56,203 nucleotides of DNA, taken from the IMG/VR virus record IMGVR_UViG_3300034106_001169, one strand, 5' to 3'. Origin of the DNA: a virus. Taxonomy: Duplodnaviria > Heunggongvirae > Uroviricota > Caudoviricetes. Shown here piece by piece: positions 45,120 to 52,596 of the stretch. Position numbers and translations under genes: made by a program. Position 1 is the stretch's first letter. Every line of letters begins with the position of its first letter. The notes beneath the pieces were generated by a model. It did not search any database. It saw only the letters and a list, made by a program, of their open reading frames with translations, and was not told the origin of the DNA.

Positions 45120-45983
45120 TTAGTAAACTTTATTTAATGTAAAGTATTCAGAATAAATTGAATTTAGAGCATCTGCTGCTCCCCATTCAACTGTAACATC
45201 TAATGTATTACTAGAAGTGGTATCAAACGTTGTGTTGTTTATTATAGAAGAATCATCTCCTTCAAATGCATTAGATGCATCTTTTGAATAAGTAAATACT
45301 ATTCCTGTCACAATAGATGCCACTCCTGCAGCTCCAATTGTTCTAACTGTAAAATTCAAATCAATAGTAAAATGCTTAGATGTAGTTTGAGGCATAGTAA
45401 TTAAACCAGTGTCTCCTAAAATAGCAGTTGCTGATTTAACTTTTATTCTGATTGTATCATTGTTTTTAGAAGAAATATGTCCAACTATTCTACCCAAAAA
45501 AGAATCTCCAATACTAAATCCATTTGCTGGAACAGATAAAGTACCCACTCCAGTTCCCACAATACTAGTTTCTGTAATGGTATTTGTAACTGTTGCACCA
45601 TCACTTGTTTGTGAAAATAATCCATACACTAAAGGATATGGAAAAGATGGAGAAGTTCCACTAGTTCCTGCAGTTCCTGCAATACCAGCTGTACCACTTA
45701 CTCCTGAACTTCCTGATTCTCCACTTGTTCCTGATGAACCATTATCACCTGAAGTTCCATTAATTCCACTAGTTCCAGACTCACCTGAAGTTCCAGACGT
45801 ACCTACAACACCACTAGTCCCTGATGTTCCTGATAAACCAGTAACACCACTAGTGCCTGACGTACCAGATCCACCACCACCTGCGTTGTATGCAACACCA
45901 TTTATAGCTTCTAATTGCTTAGAAATTTGCCATAAGAGGTTTTCTTCTGTTCCCCATCCTATCTGTCTGCTTGGTATAGCCAT
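45120..45983 (-). CDS. Collagen-like (Gly-Thr-Ser) repeat fibre protein with a beta-rich C-terminal domain
   Basis: [26 protein letters not shown]-domain, about 25 uninterrupted Gly-X-Y triplets rich in T/S, then a roughly 170-aa beta-rich domain. Confidence 0.75.
   Translation of the reverse strand: MAIPSRQIGWGTEENLLWQISKQLEAINGVAYNAGGGGSGTSGTSGVTGLSGTSGTSGVVGTSGTSGESGTSGINGTSGDNGSSGTSGESGSSGVSGTAGIAGTAGTSGTSPSFPYPLVYGLFSQTSDGATVTNTITETSIVGTGVGTLSVPANGFSIGDSFLGRIVGHISSKNNDTIRIKVKSATAILGDTGLITMPQTTSKHFTIDLNFTVRTIGAAGVASIVTGIVFTYSKDASNAFEGDDSSIINNTTFDTTSSNTLDVTVEWGAADALNSIYSEYFTLNKVY
45645..45880 (-). repeat. Gly-X-Y (GTS) collagen-like tandem repeat
   Basis: [74 protein letters not shown]; boundaries approximate. 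Confidence 0.9.
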
Positions 45984-46002
45984 GATTGCGAAAATTAATG
46001 TT

Positions 46003-46033
46003 CAAAGATATGTTACTTTTTAATATTAACAAT
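46003..46033 (-). promoter_or_regulatory. Bacteroidota promoter for the fibre / GT / mucin-like operon
   Basis: ATTG (46030-46033)-N19-TATCTTTG (46003-46010), 20 nt upstream of the 45983 start. Confidence 0.65.
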
Positions 46034-46084
46034 GAGTGTCAATAATTTACAATAACAATTTTAGTTATATGTGTTTTAACTTTT

Positions 46085-46255
46085 TTAGTTAGAGAATCTT
46101 CCATCAAGCTTCCACATGATTTCGTTCCCTATTTTAGTCTCTAGTTGAGGATTTACCACGCTTAATGTAAGCATAATGGCTTGGAAGCTCAAAGCAAAGA
46201 CAATCCATATGAATGCTAGACGTGCGAACACATCTATAAATTTTATCTTTATCAT
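46085..46255 (-). CDS. 56-aa membrane protein (not in ORF track)
   Basis: MIKIKFIDVFARLAFIWIVFALSFQAIMLTLSVVNPQLETKIGNEIMWKLDGRFSN; ATGA coupled to the upstream stop. Confidence 0.65.
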   Translation of the reverse strand: MIKIKFIDVFARLAFIWIVFALSFQAIMLTLSVVNPQLETKIGNEIMWKLDGRFSN

Positions 46256-46380
46256 TTGCCCTGCCTGTTATAAGGTTTAGTAGGTTTGTCTTTAGGACCT
46301 TTAAACTTAGTTGCTTTGCCCCCCTTGCGTTTTCCAAAGGTGATCTTTTTAGCAGAACCTGCTGATTTAGCTTTTGCCAT
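46252..46380 (-). CDS. 42-aa very basic peptide (not in ORF track)
   Basis: MAKAKSAGSAKKITFGKRKGGKATKFKGPKDKPTKPYNRQGK. Confidence 0.7.
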   Translation of the reverse strand: MAKAKSAGSAKKITFGKRKGGKATKFKGPKDKPTKPYNRQGK

Positions 46381-46386
46381 GTTGGT

Positions 46387-46791
46387 TTATTTTAAACTTT
46401 GAAACTGTATTAGAATAATTGCGATTAATATAATCTTTTGAGCTAGATGGTACCTCTCCATAGTATCTATGCTACTTTCTCTTCTAAAGAAGATCTCCCT
46501 GTTAGCCTCATACTTCCATTTGTATTGCATTGCATCATAAAGCTTTCTTCCTAGACTATCACATTTGTTTTGTAATGAGTCTATAATAAGTCTATTTGCT
46601 TGAGCATCAACCTTTAATGAATCTATTTGAAACCTATATTGTTTATATAATGTATTAATTGCATTCCCTTGTTCAATGGTCATTATCACCACAGAATCCC
46701 TACCTATCTTTCTTGTCTTTGGGTATTGGGAGTAGGATGAAATTGCTACCAGTGTCAGAACTAACACTATCAAGAGCTGCTTTAACTTCAT
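46387..46791 (-). CDS. Signal-peptide coiled-coil protein, spanin-like candidate
   Basis: N-terminal signal, coiled coil, C-terminal hydrophobic tail; start lies about 90 nt inside the upstream lipoprotein gene. Confidence 0.55.
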   Translation of the reverse strand: MKLKQLLIVLVLTLVAISSYSQYPKTRKIGRDSVVIMTIEQGNAINTLYKQYRFQIDSLKVDAQANRLIIDSLQNKCDSLGRKLYDAMQYKWKYEANREIFFRRESSIDTMERYHLAQKIILIAIILIQFQSLK

Positions 46792-47041
46792 TTAATTCTA
46801 ATTTAAGTGTTGTAACTGTTTCATTTAGGTTAGTTATCTTCTCAACTGTTTCTGTAACAATCTTCTTTTGTGTCTCAGTAGCTTGGGCTTGAACTTGTAA
46901 GCTTAGTTTATTATTTGTTTCAACTTTGCTAAGAAGCTCTTCAAACTCCCTGTCTTCTTGAATAGAAGGATCAACTTGTTGAGCAGTTGTAGTTTGGCAT
47001 CCATAGATGAGTGGTATTAATATGATTAATAAATATTTCAT
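46700..47041 (-). CDS. Coiled-coil lipoprotein, spanin-like candidate
   Basis: MKYLLIILIPLIYG-C lipobox followed by a long coiled coil. Confidence 0.6.
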   Translation of the reverse strand: MKYLLIILIPLIYGCQTTTAQQVDPSIQEDREFEELLSKVETNNKLSLQVQAQATETQKKIVTETVEKITNLNETVTTLKLELNEVKAALDSVSSDTGSNFILLPIPKDKKDR

Positions 47042-47343
47042 TAGTTAAGCTTTTTGATTGCTCCCAACTGTTGCAAAGTCTGCAACTGTGTAGTGGTTAC
47101 AGCCTTAGCTGAATCACTAACTCTCAAAGATTCTTGTACCCTATCTAACCTATTTTCCACCTTTTCAATACGTACATTCTGAGAAGTTGCCTGCTCTTTA
47201 AATGTTGTACGAACATCTATGTATAGGTATGAAATAGCAATGAGCACCAAGAAAAGGGTGCCCACAATTGGGTTTTTAGCAAACTCCTTAAAGCTTATAG
47301 GCAATGGGTTTGCTGATATATTTGTTTCTTTCTTTGCTGCCAT
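47041..47343 (-). CDS. Single-pass membrane coiled-coil protein
   Basis: PIVGTLFLVLIAISYLYID TM segment then a coiled coil. Confidence 0.65.
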   Translation of the reverse strand: MAAKKETNISANPLPISFKEFAKNPIVGTLFLVLIAISYLYIDVRTTFKEQATSQNVRIEKVENRLDRVQESLRVSDSAKAVTTTQLQTLQQLGAIKKLN

Positions 47344-47489
47344 TATTTATAGTTTTTTAAAACTTGTTGAGCATTAAGTGCTGTCCATACATTATATAGC
47401 ACCTCACTGTTATGTTGTAATAGTTCTGCTTTTTTAATTCCAGAGCGTCTGCTACGCATTGCTTTAGGTTTTTTCTTAGCGTTTGCCAT
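47343..47489 (-). CDS. 48-aa basic peptide (not in ORF track)
   Basis: MANAKKKPKAMRSRRSGIKKAELLQHNSEVLYNVWTALNAQQVLKNYK; TAATG coupling to the downstream gene. Confidence 0.6.
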   Translation of the reverse strand: MANAKKKPKAMRSRRSGIKKAELLQHNSEVLYNVWTALNAQQVLKNYK

Positions 47490-47494
47490 ATTAG

Positions 47495-48247
47495 TTATTT
47501 TTTATCTTTTTTCTCATCTGAAGTTGCATATTTAATACCCATAATTGTTCCTACAATTGAGAATGCATTAGTAAGAAGTACACTGAACATGTTAGACCAG
47601 GTTGAACCAATTATTTGAGTATCCTTATTTGATAGAATAGCAAATGAGTACATTATGGTGGTAATAAAGCCTACGCTCATAATCACGAACAAGGCAGATT
47701 TAACAATTGTTTTAATCAACTCATTTTGACTCTTTTTTATAGTTGCATCCAAATCATTTACCGCTATATTTTTTTCTATCTCTATTGCTTCTCTTAACTT
47801 ATTAGAATTATTTAACTCTGCTTGTAAAGTTTTAGATAGCTCATCTATTTTGTTTTTACTAACAATAGTTTCACTAATGTCAGTAGCAATCTTCATCACC
47901 TTAGTAATAGCACCATTCTCGTCAAAAATTGGGTTGTAAGTTGCTTGTAAGTAAATGGGGCTACCATCTATTTTCCTTCTCTCAAATTCTCCTTCATAGA
48001 ATTTACCAGCTTTTAATGTTTCCCAAAATGTTTTATATTCATCAGATTTAGAATACTCATAACTGACAAAAATACTATGATGTTTACCAATTAACTTATC
48101 ATGCTCCTCTTCACCAAAACCCATAGCCTTTAAAAAAATAGCATTAACTCCAAGTATAAAACCTTCAAGGTCAAAGTAAATAATAGCATTGCTACGATTA
48201 ATAGCCTCCATTCTACTAAATAGCTCCTCCTTTGATAAGTTTTTCAT
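47495..48247 (-). CDS. PAS-PAC domain protein with coiled coil and two C-terminal TM helices
   Basis: AINRSNAIIYFDLEG...VNAIFLKAMG...LIGKHHSIFV...FWETLKAGKFYEGEFERRKIDGSPIYLQATYNPIFDENGAITKVMKIATDIS resembles chemoreceptor (BdlA-like) PAS; no kinase or MCP output domain. Confidence 0.88.
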   Translation of the reverse strand: MKNLSKEELFSRMEAINRSNAIIYFDLEGFILGVNAIFLKAMGFGEEEHDKLIGKHHSIFVSYEYSKSDEYKTFWETLKAGKFYEGEFERRKIDGSPIYLQATYNPIFDENGAITKVMKIATDISETIVSKNKIDELSKTLQAELNNSNKLREAIEIEKNIAVNDLDATIKKSQNELIKTIVKSALFVIMSVGFITTIMYSFAILSNKDTQIIGSTWSNMFSVLLTNAFSIVGTIMGIKYATSDEKKDKK

Positions 48248-48266
48248 TTATTGTATATTTTTGTTA

Positions 48267-48872
48267 TTATATACTACCATTTAAAAGGTTATTGTATTCA
48301 TTGAAGTGTTTGATACGATCTGGAAGACCAATGGTACCACCATTAACACGTTTAGTCACCTTAGTTACCACAGCATCTGTAGCTCCCTCATCAGCGATCT
48401 TGTGTAATCCATTCTTATGAAAGAACCAAGCAGCAGATAAAAGTGGGTACTTTGTAGCTATAAGGTCTGGGTTAGCTAGGATATCATCTTCAACTGTTTT
48501 ATCAAAAGCAGCGTAGTTATCTTTCCCTGTTAACTGAATGTATCCACGTCCTCTAAACTTATAACCTTCTCCAGAAGCCTGAGGACCATTACCCATACGA
48601 TTAGCATAGACAATATTGGCAATCTTTTCAGGCTTGCGTTCAAACTCTTTAGCACTTTCAGCAGTAAAGTACTTCTTAAAAATGCTCTGTAAACCAGCAG
48701 CACCATAGTTTAAGTTCTCTGACACAGCTTTGAATCCACCTGATTCATGTCCTGTTTGTGCTAAGAAATGAGCCAAACGTAATGCTGTATTGATTTCAAA
48801 CTTATCTACTACACCAGGGATTTGTGCAATCACTGTGTCTGGAATGTGTCCTTTTAATTTATCTACGTTCAT
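48267..48872 (-). CDS. GH19 (chitinase/lysozyme-like) endolysin
   Basis: LAHFLAQTGHESGGF, ENLNY, FRGRGYIQLTGKDNY, TKRVNGGTIGLPDR. Confidence 0.93.
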   Translation of the reverse strand: MNVDKLKGHIPDTVIAQIPGVVDKFEINTALRLAHFLAQTGHESGGFKAVSENLNYGAAGLQSIFKKYFTAESAKEFERKPEKIANIVYANRMGNGPQASGEGYKFRGRGYIQLTGKDNYAAFDKTVEDDILANPDLIATKYPLLSAAWFFHKNGLHKIADEGATDAVVTKVTKRVNGGTIGLPDRIKHFNEYNNLLNGSI

Positions 48873-48874
48873 AG

Positions 48875-49468
48875 TTAATTAATTTTCCAATAGGAATTTA
48901 CACCATATACAAGTTGATTGTTACCATTGATGCCAATGTTTAAGCCAAACATTTTATCACGTTTAGACTTGTATAACAATCCTCCTTGAAGAAGTTCTAA
49001 TCCATTCTTGTTACCTGTAACACCACCACCAATAAATAGAGCTCCCTTAGGAGGAGCCTGCTTAGTGATAGTGTTTGTTACAGTGATTGTAGGAATCTTA
49101 TAATTGTACTTATAAGACCTACCATGTATCTCGTTTTTATGTACTGTATCAGTTACAGCTACATAGCCCAAAGTATCTATATTTACTGTGTCAGTATAGA
49201 GAGTCTTTGCCAAATAGGCAATGACCAAAGCATCATATTGTGCTTTAAGCTTAGGGTAATTTGTGTCTGCAATATATTCTGCAGGTAGTGTGTCGTGTAT
49301 TATCTGTTTAATCTTTAACTTCTTGACAATCAATGAGTCATGTACTTGCCAAGCTGTATCATGTAATGTTACAGTGTCAGCTTTTATTTGAGGATAATTA
49401 CATCCTTTATTTTGAAAAGCCATTGCAAATACTAAAGCCATTATGATAAACGTCAAAATCTTATTCAT
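48875..49468 (-). CDS. Membrane-anchored lysis accessory (spanin-like) protein
   Basis: N-terminal TM/signal ending NKGC, Bacteroidota-style DTVT/HDT repeats, C-terminal beta strands; adjacent to the endolysin. Confidence 0.5.
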   Translation of the reverse strand: MNKILTFIIMALVFAMAFQNKGCNYPQIKADTVTLHDTAWQVHDSLIVKKLKIKQIIHDTLPAEYIADTNYPKLKAQYDALVIAYLAKTLYTDTVNIDTLGYVAVTDTVHKNEIHGRSYKYNYKIPTITVTNTITKQAPPKGALFIGGGVTGNKNGLELLQGGLLYKSKRDKMFGLNIGINGNNQLVYGVNSYWKIN

Positions 49469-49712
49469 TATCTTCAGTTTGGTTTTTCTTATTGATAAAC
49501 TTGTCTACAGAAGCAATTCCAAAACAAGCTATGGTCAAAACTTTGAATGAGTCATATATGAACTCATTGACAACCAACTCTTTATGCATACTTCCAGTGA
49601 CAATATCTGCTACAGCAAATACCACCATGATTACAAAAGAAGCAAAGCCAATTACAGCTTTCTCATTGATTGTGTTATTATCATCAAATAGATCAGAAAA
49701 GAACTTTTTCAT
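49461..49712 (-). CDS. Holin candidate (two TM helices)
   Basis: INEKAVIGFASFVIMVVF...VLTIACFGIASVDKF with a charged C-terminus. Confidence 0.6.
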   Translation of the reverse strand: MKKFFSDLFDDNNTINEKAVIGFASFVIMVVFAVADIVTGSMHKELVVNEFIYDSFKVLTIACFGIASVDKFINKKNQTEDNE

Positions 49713-49983
49713 TTCTTATAATTAATTTATTATTAGGTAATATTGCTAGGTCTTTAAATACTGTAGGTGTTATAGGAACACTAGTAGGGAAAGAAGCAGC
49801 TGTTTTATAGACTACTCTTTCTAGATTGTCTATACGTGTCTTGTCTACATTAGACTGAGCCATTAGCTGCTTTACATCAGACTTGATCTCGTTTACATCA
49901 TTCCAAATTAGTAAGGCCAGTGCTGATGCTAGACTTGGAAATATCCATACTTTGAATGCACTAATTGCAGGGGTTTCTCTCAT
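49693..49983 (-). CDS. Single-TM coiled-coil protein, holin/antiholin candidate (start likely MRETPA at 49983)
   Basis: KVWIFPSLASALALLIW then a coiled coil NEIKSDVKQL...TRIDNLER. Confidence 0.55.
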   Translation of the reverse strand: MRETPAISAFKVWIFPSLASALALLIWNDVNEIKSDVKQLMAQSNVDKTRIDNLERVVYKTAASFPTSVPITPTVFKDLAILPNNKLIIRNEKVLF

Positions 49984-50040
49984 GGTTATAAATAAAAATG
50001 CACCCAAGTTGGGTGTAGTGTTTAAAATATTTAGATTTAA

Positions 50041-50247
50041 TTATTTCTTTAGACCATACTTGATCCACTTGTACCAGATACGTTCATGGATAAAGTATTG
50101 GATGGGCTTGTAAATAAGCTCAGCTACACCAAAGGCAGCTCCCATCTTGATAGAACCACTGATCCACCACATCAAAAAGAACCCTATTAGGGTACTAATT
50201 ATCCTATAGCTAATAGTCTTAGCTATGTGTCTCTTAACCAATGGCAT
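50041..50247 (-). CDS. DUF2061-like small membrane protein
   Basis: KRHIAKTISYRII...YFIHERIW; start MPLVKR at 50247. Confidence 0.85.
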   Translation of the reverse strand: MPLVKRHIAKTISYRIISTLIGFFLMWWISGSIKMGAAFGVAELIYKPIQYFIHERIWYKWIKYGLKK

Positions 50248-50256
50248 ATGTAATTG

Positions 50257-50288
50257 CAAAACTATGTAAAAAAGTTGAAACTACCAAA
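50257..50288 (-). promoter_or_regulatory. Bacteroidota promoter for DUF2061 and the lysis cassette
   Basis: TTTG (50285-50288)-N20-TAGTTTTG (50257-50264), exact consensus. Confidence 0.7.
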
Positions 50289-50294
50289 TCTTTT

Positions 50295-50672
50295 TTAGTA
50301 GGGTTGGTATGATTTCTCCTCTACAAACTCAGAGCCAAACTTCATATTAATTTCTTTTTTAATATGAGCCCTTTTATCATTCAATTTGTACACATTTCTG
50401 GCAAGAGTTACAAACTCCTTACTAAAGTCTTTGGCTCTTTCAAGGTCCCTAAGGTCATCTTCCACCTTCCAAAGTTCCTTGTTAATTTCAAATAGGGCTT
50501 TGGTATGAGAATAGTCTGTCATCAATGGATCCTCTTTCTTAAGGATTCCTATGAGATATGTTAACTCTTTATTAATGTTCTCCAGCTTAACTGGGTCCTG
50601 TATCTTAGATGCTTTGATCATAAGAATAGTGTACTTGTCTACCACCTCTCCAATACTTACTTCTATTTGCAT
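50295..50672 (-). CDS. DUF6165-like protein
   Basis: IEVSIGEVVDKYTILMIK...LWKVEDDLR...LARNVYKLNDKRAHIKKEIN...EEKSY. Confidence 0.8.
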   Translation of the reverse strand: MQIEVSIGEVVDKYTILMIKASKIQDPVKLENINKELTYLIGILKKEDPLMTDYSHTKALFEINKELWKVEDDLRDLERAKDFSKEFVTLARNVYKLNDKRAHIKKEINMKFGSEFVEEKSYQPY

Positions 50673-50692
50673 AAAATGTTTTTTATTTTAAA

Positions 50693-50724
50693 CAAAAGTA
50701 GTATATTTGTGGTAAATAAACAAG
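50693..50724. promoter_or_regulatory. Overlapping divergent promoters
   Basis: Minus: CTTG (50721-50724)-N20-TACTTTTG (50693-50700). Plus: TATATTTG (50702-50709), 18 nt upstream of the 50727 ATG, with a weak -33 box. Confidence 0.6.
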
Positions 50725-50726
50725 AC

Positions 50727-51161
50727 ATGATTATAGTTATTTTTGGGCAGCCTGGAGCTGGTAAGACTACAATTGCCCAGCACTTCGTTAAAGAGAACTT
50801 CCATCACATTGATGGAGACGTCCTAAGAGACATATTCAAGAACAAAGATTACAGCAGGGAAGGTAGGATTAAGAACCTAAATAGAGCTAGTGATATAGCT
50901 GTATATATGAATTCTATTTCCTCAAATGTAGTTTTATCCTTTGTCTATCCTTACGAGGAAGCTAGGGAATATCTAAGCAAGTTAACTAAAGGAGTAAAGT
51001 GGATATATCTCATCTATCAAGAAGATAGAGGCAGAGACCAGTTTAAAGTGGCAGACTTTGAGCTTCCACATATGGACGATGTAGATCTAATTATTAACAC
51101 ATCCAACACATCTGTTGAAGATAGTGTGGATCAAATCAAACATGTATGCAGAATATTCTAG
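50727..51161 (+). CDS. cysC: Adenylylsulfate (APS) kinase-like P-loop kinase
   Basis: IVIFGQPGAGKTT, IDGDVLR, DYSREGRIKNLNRA, SFVYPYEEAR, DFELP; start ATG 50727. Confidence 0.75.
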   Translation: MIIVIFGQPGAGKTTIAQHFVKENFHHIDGDVLRDIFKNKDYSREGRIKNLNRASDIAVYMNSISSNVVLSFVYPYEEAREYLSKLTKGVKWIYLIYQEDRGRDQFKVADFELPHMDDVDLIINTSNTSVEDSVDQIKHVCRIF

Positions 51162-51520
51162 CAAAAGGTAGTGGTAAATCAGGTGAGTGGGCAATGTATA
51201 TTGGTAGATGGCAACCATGGCACGCTGGCCATAGGTGGTTAATTGATCAACAACTAAACCAGGGAAAGAAGGTACTCATAGCTATTAGAGATGTAGAACC
51301 TGATGCAAAAAACCCCTGGCCTCCACAACAAGTGCTTATGAATATATCTAAAGAGTTAGGTGATCTGATTATAAAAGGCATGATAAGAATCATGATTGTT
51401 CCTGACATAGAATCAATTAACTTTGGACGTGGTGTGGGATATGATGTTATTGAACACATCCCCCCTGCTGAGATAGGTGAAATATCTGCCACTAAAATTA
51501 GAGAAGCAAATGGAAAATAG
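51146..51520 (+). CDS. HxGH (cytidylyltransferase-like) nucleotidyltransferase
   Basis: YIGRWQPWHAGH and C-terminal ISATKIR. Confidence 0.85.
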   Translation: MQNILAKGSGKSGEWAMYIGRWQPWHAGHRWLIDQQLNQGKKVLIAIRDVEPDAKNPWPPQQVLMNISKELGDLIIKGMIRIMIVPDIESINFGRGVGYDVIEHIPPAEIGEISATKIREANGK

Positions 51521-52142
51521 AATTGAGATAGTTAATCCTTACAGTAATTATATATTTAAATCACACTATGATTTTAATTTTGATATTGTAATACCTAAGT
51601 GTAAGGAACTGTTAGAATCAGCCCCATCTGAGTTTGGATTAGTAACCAATGGTGGTTCATCTCATCAAAATGCAATACAACCACATATGCTTCCTGAGCT
51701 TAAAGAATACTTTGAGTGGTTACAAATGATGGTTATTGAAGTGGCAACTAGAGGTATGGGTTATTTTAGTGACTTCCATGATATTGTTTTAACTAATAGC
51801 TGGGTGAATGTAACTCACCCTGGTGGTAAAACTCTTGGACATAAACATCCTAATACATTTATAGTAGTTTCCACGTATTTAAATGTACCTGAGAATGGTG
51901 GATTTTATGAAGCCAAAGATCCATTGGAAGATTTGAAATCTTTCTATTACAGAAATGATCCTGATTGGTATTGGAAACAAGTGCCTGTAACTAGTGGAGA
52001 TCTTCTACTATTTCCAGGGTGGCTAAAGCATAGAACACAAGAGAACAAATCTAATGAAGATAGATGGGTGTTAACCACTTCTTACGACCAAGTATTTAAA
52101 GGTGATTACTATTTAAATAATTATGACAACAAAACTTTATAA
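51510..52142 (+). CDS. 2OG-Fe(II) dioxygenase (TIGR02466-like)
   Basis: SWVN...GHKHPN...STYL...LLLFPGWLKH...RWVLTTS; HxH metal site; start MENRIE at 51510. Confidence 0.85.
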   Translation: MENRIEIVNPYSNYIFKSHYDFNFDIVIPKCKELLESAPSEFGLVTNGGSSHQNAIQPHMLPELKEYFEWLQMMVIEVATRGMGYFSDFHDIVLTNSWVNVTHPGGKTLGHKHPNTFIVVSTYLNVPENGGFYEAKDPLEDLKSFYYRNDPDWYWKQVPVTSGDLLLFPGWLKHRTQENKSNEDRWVLTTSYDQVFKGDYYLNNYDNKTL

Positions 52143-52596
52143 GTTACATTACAAGTTTGATTGGGATAAACTAAAGCCAGTGTGTGAGGAGCTAGTTAAT
52201 ATAGAAAAAGCACAAATGAATTTAGTAAGGAATGGTAAGACTTCATATGTTAATGAAATGCATCCACATACTATGGAAGAGTTTAAACCATTTTATGATT
52301 GGCTAACCATTAGTATAGGTAATGAATTCTTTGTTGGTAATAGTTGGGTTAATGTACACCATCCAGGTGGAAGTACAATAGCACACGATCATCCTAATGT
52401 ATCTATGGTATCAGCAGCTTATCTAAGCATACCTGACAACAGTGGATACTTTGAATACAAAGATGTAACATGGAAAGAGTTACCTACAGTGAGTGGTGAT
52501 GTAATAATATTTCCTGGATGGATTGAACACAGAACACAAACAAATAACTCATCAGAAGATAGATGGGTAATAACTACAAATTTTATAGCTAAATGA
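52123..52596 (+). CDS. 2OG-Fe(II) dioxygenase (TIGR02466-like), tandem paralog
   Basis: SWVN...AHDHPN...AAYL...IIFPGWIEH...RWVITTN. Confidence 0.85.
   Translation: MTTKLYKLHYKFDWDKLKPVCEELVNIEKAQMNLVRNGKTSYVNEMHPHTMEEFKPFYDWLTISIGNEFFVGNSWVNVHHPGGSTIAHDHPNVSMVSAAYLSIPDNSGYFEYKDVTWKELPTVSGDVIIFPGWIEHRTQTNNSSEDRWVITTNFIAK

Noticed and set aside
43383-45880. Tandem repeats as CRISPR array or DGR template/variable repeats
   Set aside because: They are in-frame codon repeats (Thr/Ser, Gly-X-Y) with no spacer structure; no cas or reverse transcriptase gene in the window.
46134-46337. ORF-track 67-aa minus-strand ORF
   Set aside because: It overlaps two better ORFs (46252-46380 and 46085-46255) that have ATG starts and are coupled by ATGA.
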